Source: a virus
Length of the DNA: 64,000 bases
Reading direction: 5' to 3' (one strand)
UHGV virus genome: UHGV-0057547
Made by a program: the position numbers and the translations under genes
In this document: piece by piece, positions 58,073-64,000 of the stretch
Numbering within the stretch: position 1 is the stretch's first letter
Layout of the letters: each line of letters starts with the position of its first letter
The notes under the pieces: model-generated
The model's input: only the letters and a program-made list of their open reading frames with translations
What the model was told of the DNA's origin: nothing
The model's database searches: none

Positions 58073-58190
58073 AATATAAACCCTCCTAAAATTTTATTTA
58101 TTAACTATATTATAGTATAACCACTATATAAAGTCAATAAATATTTTAATTATTACAAAAGTTTTTAACTTTTGTTACTGAAGAAGGATT

Positions 58191-58526
58191 TTATTTTCCT
58201 TCTTCTATGTCTTTATTGAATAAAGATTTTATTTTCTTAGAGAATTTTTTATTACATGTCACGTCATAAAATTTGAATTCATTGTAAAAAGTATATTCTT
58301 TTAATGCTTCAAGGTGTGAATTAATCGCTTGAGTTGTAGAACTTGTATCATAATTGCAATTATCAACAATTATTTTACTTTCAAGCGTATCAATTATCAT
58401 TATTATATTTTCATGATACATTAGATAGTAACTATCATTAATCTTGCTAAATGAATGATTCCCTATTTTCATTTTAATGTTACCTTCCATTATTCCTCTA
58501 AATAATTTTTCACTATATTTTCTCAT
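58191..58526 (-). CDS. hypothetical protein
   Basis: 111-aa ORF; promoter TTGACT-17-TATAAT at about 58105-58135 upstream. Confidence 0.4.
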   Translation of the reverse strand: MRKYSEKLFRGIMEGNIKMKIGNHSFSKINDSYYLMYHENIIMIIDTLESKIIVDNCNYDTSSTTQAINSHLEALKEYTFYNEFKFYDVTCNKKFSKKIKSLFNKDIEEGK

Positions 58527-58644
58527 ATCATACCCTCCTAAAATTCATTTATTAACTATATAATAACATAGTGTTTATATAAAGTCAATAAATATTTTAA
58601 TTATTACCAAAAGTTTTTAACTTTTGGATAACTGAAGAAGGAAT

Positions 58645-58935
58645 TTATTTTCCTTCTTCTTTTCTAAATCTGAACTCAAATATATTTTCTTTTCTATGTC
58701 CTTTGATTAAATCAATCTCACTTTCGCCTTGTTGGTCTGTATTGTGGATTAAATTATATACTAAAAATCCAACTCTTGTATCGCCTTCATATTGAAAATA
58801 AACTAAGTCATTTTTAAAATCAATTCTTATTTTATTTATCCATATATTTTCATTTATTCTTTTTTCTCTTTTAATCATGTCAATTATTTTATCCATATTC
58901 TTTAATATCTCAAGTCTTATTTGTTTTCTATTCAT
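58645..58935 (-). CDS. hypothetical protein
   Basis: 96-aa ORF, cassette region. Confidence 0.4.
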   Translation of the reverse strand: MNRKQIRLEILKNMDKIIDMIKREKRINENIWINKIRIDFKNDLVYFQYEGDTRVGFLVYNLIHNTDQQGESEIDLIKGHRKENIFEFRFRKEEGK

Positions 58936-59062
58936 ATAAAACCCTCCTAAAATTTATTTATTAACTTTATTGTAGTATAACCACTATATAAAGTCAATAA
59001 ATATTTTAATTATTACAAAAGTTTTTAACTTTTGTTACTGAAGAAGGAAAAAATCCTTCTTC

Positions 59063-59305
59063 TTATAAGTTTTCAACTTCTATGCTTGTAATTGTATTTC
59101 CATTGCAAGTTATTAAAAATCCTACTTTACTTTTAAAGGATTTTACAAATAATGCTTGAAAAAAATTACCCTTACAGTATGAACTTTTAGGACTATAGCC
59201 TATACTGTTCATGAAAGGTATAATTCTTTTTTCACCTTTTATAATGTTTATTTCTTTTATTTCCTCTTCACTAAATATTTTTTTCATTGATTCATAATTA
59301 TTCAT
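59063..59305 (-). CDS. hypothetical protein
   Basis: 80-aa ORF, cassette region. Confidence 0.4.
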   Translation of the reverse strand: MNNYESMKKIFSEEEIKEINIIKGEKRIIPFMNSIGYSPKSSYCKGNFFQALFVKSFKSKVGFLITCNGNTITSIEVENL

Positions 59306-59620
59306 AATGTAAACCCTCCTAAATTTTTAATTCAGTAATAAAAATTACTGTTACTGAAGAAGGAAAAAATCCTTCTTCTTATAATGTATCTAAAAAGTTA
59401 TTAACAATTGATATTTCTTTATCGTTTAATAATATTTCAGTATGGCAATATTTAGAATTAATGTAACTATTTTCAAAATGTATATTGTTTTCATGAAGAA
59501 AATCTATTAATAACATAGTGTCCTTTCTATTTAGTTCTATATTATAATATTTTTTCATAATAAAAATCCTCCTAAAATTTTATTTCAGTAATTTAAAATT
59601 ACTGTTACTGAAGAAGAGAA

Positions 59621-59986
59621 TTAAATCTCTTCTTCTTCTTCTTCTTCCATTGTTTCAACTTCATTATATATTTCACTTACCATATACTCAAAAGCTAACC
59701 AGCTTAAATTATTTGCGTTTACTTCAAAATCATCACTTAAATTGTCTTTAAGTTGGTTGTAAATGTCGAATATTTCTTCCATATGTTTAATGAAGAAACA
59801 TTTTGTTTCATTATAGTATATTAATTCAGGTACTGTACCACTAATACAACCATAATTCATAATGTCTTCTAAAAATCCTTTTGGTTCTTCATAGTCTTCA
59901 ATATGGTCTAAAAGGATATCAATAACATTATCCTTTAATTCGCTTTCTCCATATAAATTTTCTAACATATTATTTATTTTTTTCAT
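59621..59986 (-). CDS. hypothetical protein (paralog of 57268..57654)
   Basis: See 57268..57654; C-terminal poly-Glu. Confidence 0.45.
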   Translation of the reverse strand: MKKINNMLENLYGESELKDNVIDILLDHIEDYEEPKGFLEDIMNYGCISGTVPELIYYNETKCFFIKHMEEIFDIYNQLKDNLSDDFEVNANNLSWLAFEYMVSEIYNEVETMEEEEEEEI

Positions 59987-60103
59987 AATAAAAACCCTCC
60001 TAAAATTTATAAATTTTATTTCAGTAACTCAAAATTTATATTTGAATTACTGTCACTGAAAAAGTATAGATTTTATAAAATCCCTTGTTTTTTCTTATAT
60101 TTT

Positions 60104-60436
60104 TTATTCTTCAATTTTAAAATTTTTAATCTCAAGTCCAAAATTTTCTTGTCCCTTTTTATTTGTGTATTTTCTTATTTTAGCTCTGAAACTTATTTTT
60201 TGTCCTTCTTGAATATTTTCTTTAAACATTTTTTTAGTAACGTTGCTTATCATATCGCATAAGCAGTGACAGCATATAAAATCATTATCTTTATATATAT
60301 TGTTGATAAGTGCTATTTTTCTGCACCCTCTTTTTTCTATTTTGTTGAAAGTTCCTTTGAATTCTACAATTGATTCATTGTATTTTTCAAGTCCTTTTCT
60401 ATATTCATATCTCCCACTTTTACTATTTACATACAT
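60104..60436 (-). CDS. hypothetical Cys-containing protein
   Basis: 110-aa ORF; CCHCLC cluster. Confidence 0.4.
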   Translation of the reverse strand: MYVNSKSGRYEYRKGLEKYNESIVEFKGTFNKIEKRGCRKIALINNIYKDNDFICCHCLCDMISNVTKKMFKENIQEGQKISFRAKIRKYTNKKGQENFGLEIKNFKIEE

Positions 60437-60892
60437 TTACAAAACCTCCCTTTTTTAAAACAAGAGATTTTATAAACTCTATACCTTTTCCGATTAACTG
60501 AAAAAGGATAAAATCCTTTTTCCGTTTTTAGGAGGAGGGAACATATTCAATTATATAATAGGATTTTTACCATTGCACTTCATACGCCCTTGTAACTGTT
60601 CAATGGCTGTTGGATAATAAAATCCAACTTTTGATTATTATCTTATAACCTTTTGAGTACTTTTCAGGAGTTCCGACTTAAAAAGTATGTTTTCGTAAGT
60701 ACTTATTAATCGTCGATTAACAGTTTACCTATATAACCTTTGGTAATAGGGTTTTTACCAAAAGCACCTTTTAAGTTTTTCCTCTTGTCAGTTGCTTAAA
60801 AGTTTTAAGATAATGCTTAGCTCTAAAAAATGCTAAGCTTCTATTATATACCTTATGCGTATAGCTTAAGGATTTTTTTTATTACTTTTTCT

Positions 60893-61240
60893 TTAATTGT
60901 ATCATGTCTTTTATTCAATGTCAACTGCTTTTTTAAAAATCTTTTAAAACTTTTTAAGTAGTTCCTAAGTTGCTTTATTAACTTAATTGTAGTAGTTCTT
61001 TTATTCAATGTCAACTATTTTTTAAAAGTTTTTTAAATTTTTTTTAAGTAGCTCTTAAACTGCTTTCCTAAGTTGCTTTTGTTTTATTATCTTAATTGTA
61101 GCAGGTCTTTTATCTAATGTCAAGTACTTTTTTAAAACTTTTTAAAACTTTTTTAACTGCCTTTCCTAAGTTGCTTTTGTTTTATTAACATAATTGTAGC
61201 ATCACTTTATTGATTGTCAACTATTTTTTTATGTTTTTTT
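60893..61240. repeat. about 3.5 tandem direct repeats of a roughly 100-bp unit (iteron-like) in the divergent intergenic region
   Basis: Unit TAATTGTAG...TCTTTTATTCAATGTCAACTRYTTTTTAAAARYTTTTAAAACTTTTTAAGTAGYTCYTAAGTTGCTTT repeated at about 60893, 60998, 61093 and partially 61192. Confidence 0.6.
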
Positions 61241-61572
61241 ATGTTTTTTGTATACATTAAACAATATACAAAATACAATATTCATTATAATGTATACAAT
61301 ATATCTATATTCTTTTTAGTATCAGTTCTAAAATCATTTTTCTATTTTATTTTTTTTCTACTGTTGCCGTATGACGTGATATAAGGCGTTTTAAAGACTT
61401 TTAAGATAGTTAGTGGATAATTAATCAATTAGATAATATATTCTCTTATATTGTCTTCTATTGCCTTATATTGATATATGAAAAAAAATAGAAAAACTTT
61501 TGAATAATTGTTGACATTAGATAATATTATGCTAACATTAAGATAATAAATAAATAAAGGAGATTGATAAGC

Positions 61573-61782
61573 ATGAAAAAATATAGTATAGAAATAAAGG
61601 GCAATATATGGACAAAGGAATTAATTGTTAATATATGCAAGGAAAAGAGACTATTTAAATATAATGTAACAGAATTATTAAGTGGATTAAAATACTGTAT
61701 ACAATTGAATGATTTAAGCTTTTGGAACTATCATTATTTTAAAAAACTTAAAAGAATAGAAGAAAAAAAATAGTAGACTTTT
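61573..61782 (+). CDS. small basic hypothetical protein (plus strand; first rightward gene)
   Basis: ATG at 61573 with AAAGGAG 8 nt upstream. Shares the leader TAAGATAATAAATAAATAAAGGRGATTGATAA with gene 63137..63298. Confidence 0.45.
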
Positions 61783-61800
61783 CTACTATTTTTTTATTGT
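61770..61800 (+). terminator. rho-independent terminator (plus strand)
   Basis: TAGTAGACTTTTCTACTA hairpin followed by TTTTTTTATT. Confidence 0.5.
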
Positions 61801-62900
61801 ATATATGAATAACTGTTCATATGTTTAATTGTATACAACATGTAATATATAGTATAATGTATCATGTATTAAATATCTTGTATGTAATATTATGCATAAT
61901 GTATTTTGTATGCAATATATAATATACTGTATACATTATTATGTATATTGTATTATATTAGTTTACATGTTAACTATTCTCATATTGATAATAAATAATA
62001 GTTGACAAATAAACAAGTGTTCTGCAATCGAACGTAGCATACTTTATGGTGTTTGTCAACAGTTAATTTTGTCCGAAAAGTTTAGTATAAGTAAACATTG
62101 CAAACGTGAAACCATTGAAAATACTATATTATCATTTTGATAAATTTACAAATACTAAGAAAAATTCATGACCTATTTAAATCGATTCTAAGAGGGCGAA
62201 CAAAATCCCTCTTTATAGTTAATTCTTTATATAAAGTCACCCTATACACTGCTTTAAAATCGACAGTAAAAGGTCGGTATGTATTTTTAAAAAGGTGACT
62301 ATAGTTTTTATTGTATGCATTTTATTGTATACAATTTATTATCATAATGATAATATATGAATAGGTATTCAAGTATTCATATATAGAATTGTATATTATA
62401 TGAATACTTATTCATATGTTTAATTATCAATATGTAAATAGTAAACATGTTAACTATTATCAATATGATAATATATGAGTGACTGTTCATATATTATGAT
62501 TAATGTATACAATATAATATATGGTGTATACGTATGAATAAATGTTCATATATTACTATGCATAATGCATAGTGTATAATGTTTAATGTATACAGTATTA
62601 TATATTATGTATGTTATACTATGTTTAATGTATACAATATATTATATAATGTATAGTGTATGATATACTAAGTACTATGTATGCTGTATAGTGTGCATTG
62701 CATACAATATGATATACTATGTATAGTGTACTATGTACTATGTATACAATATATAGTTAACATGTTAACTACTATCAATATGATAACATATGAGTGACTG
62801 TTCATACAATCAACTGTTATTAATATAACATATGAGTGACTGTTCATAGGTTCATATGATAGTATGATAGAACAACTGTTCCTATGATGTTCTATGTTAG
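61800..62900. repeat. repeat-dense noncoding region: many copies of TGTATACAAT (GTATAC palindrome), ATGTTAACAT/GTTAAC palindromes, and direct repeats GAGTGACTGTTCATA and (A)ATGTTAACTA(T/C)TATCAATATGATAA
   Basis: Read directly; no ORF of 60 aa or more; palindromic motifs recur more than 15 times. Confidence 0.55.
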
Positions 62901-63074
62901 AAGAACATATGATACAAAGAACGAACTGCTTAGGATTGATTGTAAGGCGTTGGCGTTGTGTCCTTCTTATGTTATATCGTTGAGAGTGTATCTCTTCTTA
63001 TATTGCCTTGTATTGTCTTATAATAGTATATGTAAAAAATAGTGTATAGAGAAAAAAATTTTCTTAAAAATTGT

Positions 63075-63102
63075 TGCTAAATAAGAGAGGAACTGCTATA
63101 CT
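63075..63102 (+). promoter_or_regulatory. candidate sigma-A promoter (TTGCTA-16-TATACT) for gene 63137..63298
   Basis: TTGCTA 63075-63080; TATACT 63097-63102; shared leader and RBS downstream. Confidence 0.35.
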
Positions 63103-63136
63103 TAAGATAATAAATAAATAAAGGGGATTGATAAAT

Positions 63137-63298
63137 ATGAAAAAATTATTATTAGTTTTAGGATTGGTTATTATTGCTGTATTTTTTAAAGACTGTATAT
63201 TAATAGGATTAATGGATTTTGTTGATTTTGTGGGAAACTTATTTAACTTGAATGTAATTGTTCCGATTGACTTTTTAAATACTTTATATTATCTATAA
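63137..63298 (+). CDS. small membrane protein (53 aa) MKKLLLVLGLVIIAVFFKDCILIGLMDFVDFVGNLFNLNVIVPIDFLNTLYYL
   Basis: Hand-translated; RBS AAAGGGG; same leader as gene 61573..61782. Confidence 0.4.
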   Translation: MKKLLLVLGLVIIAVFFKDCILIGLMDFVDFVGNLFNLNVIVPIDFLNTLYYL

Positions 63299-64000
63299 GC
63301 AGAGAATAAGTGGGACAAAATATGTCCTACTTATTTTTTATGGTGTATTGTATACAGTATTTTTTATGTTGTATATTGTATGGTGAATTGTTTATGGTGA
63401 ATTGTTTATATTGTATACATTATTATATATTATGTATGGTGAATTGATTATAATGTATTGATTGTTGTGTATTGTATGGTATAATATAATATGAAAGAGT
63501 TTTGTACATTTTTGTCAAATATTGTAATATATAAAGCCTTGTTACACGTGGAACACGGTGAAAAAACTAAGGGGATTTTGTGGGGAATTGTAGGGAATTT
63601 TAAGGAACTTATAAGGGGGGACTCTGAAAATTTTGTGGGACATATAATAGGGGGGTGGGTCGAAAAAAGTCCCACTATAAATTCTTTGTATACAGTGTTT
63701 TAAAAAAGAGTTCTTAGAGAACTATTTACCTTTTCGACATAAAGGGGGTAGTTTTCGTAACTTTTCGTGTTTTTTCGACAATATATGAGTATAGTCCCTT
63801 TATCTACACACTATCAAATTTTATCAAAGTATAACCAAATACTATCAAATTTCATAATATTTTACTATCAAAACACCATCAAAACATAATCAATATTTCT
63901 ACATCATATACCACGTAAAATTAATATCATAAAAATACACTACGTTGTATACACTATATTGTATACACTACCCACATAACACAGTATACTTTACATTGTA

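Noticed and set aside
55300-60530. Regularly spaced hairpin repeats separated by about 250-400 bp looked superficially like a CRISPR array.
   Set aside because: The repeats are not identical: stems covary and loops differ. The spacers are protein-coding genes with their own RBS and promoters, and no cas genes or leader are present.
48135-60530. Integron attC-like recombination sites (the AAC triplet in the AACTGA flank).
   Set aside because: Each site has only one AAC/GTT core and lacks the paired R''/R' and L''/L' inverted core sites and the extrahelical-base architecture. No integron-type integrase with attI is seen.

Overview
The window is AT-rich (about 25% GC) and looks like the early/replication and accessory region of a large phage or prophage from a low-GC Firmicute-like host. 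Almost all genes are on the minus strand. Most are separate transcription units: a near-identical consensus sigma-A-type promoter cassette (TTGACT, 17 nt spacer, TATAAT, then ATATAAGTAAATAAG) recurs upstream of more than 40 genes, and AU-rich hairpin terminators follow many genes. Recognisable genes: a DnaE-like PolIII alpha split by a roughly 420-nt group I intron, a DnaB-like helicase, a DnaG-like primase, a RecJ-like DHH nuclease, an ATP-dependent ligase, a Sak4-like ATPase with an adjacent SSB-like protein, a DNA methyltransferase, a beta-CASP MBL nuclease, an FtsH-like AAA protease, three sigma-70-family factors, one canonical tyrosine recombinase plus two divergent paralogs, HNH/AP2 endonucleases, SprT and ImmA-like metalloproteases, a pentapeptide-repeat protein, a GH13 amylase-like protein, and a catalytically intact IS200/IS605-type TnpB. 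Three genes (nuclease, primase, methyltransferase) carry frameshifts. The most notable observation is a roughly 115-165 nt structured RNA element with covarying helices present at 8 loci (9 copies). Seven loci sit directly behind a phage promoter; the eighth sits in the 3'UTR of the tnpB gene, where an omegaRNA would be. At one locus the element sits between its own promoter and a terminator, i.e. a stand-alone small-RNA unit. Other observations: tandem arrays of tiny hydrophobic-peptide genes missing from the ORF track; a family of hairpins that overlap stop codons in a cassette-like region of small genes (48-60.5 kb); and a roughly 3.5 kb noncoding, repeat-dense, divergent-transcription region at the right end (iteron-like 100-bp tandem repeats, TGTATACA/GTTAAC palindrome clusters) that looks like an origin/packaging region. 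No tRNA, rRNA or CRISPR array was seen.
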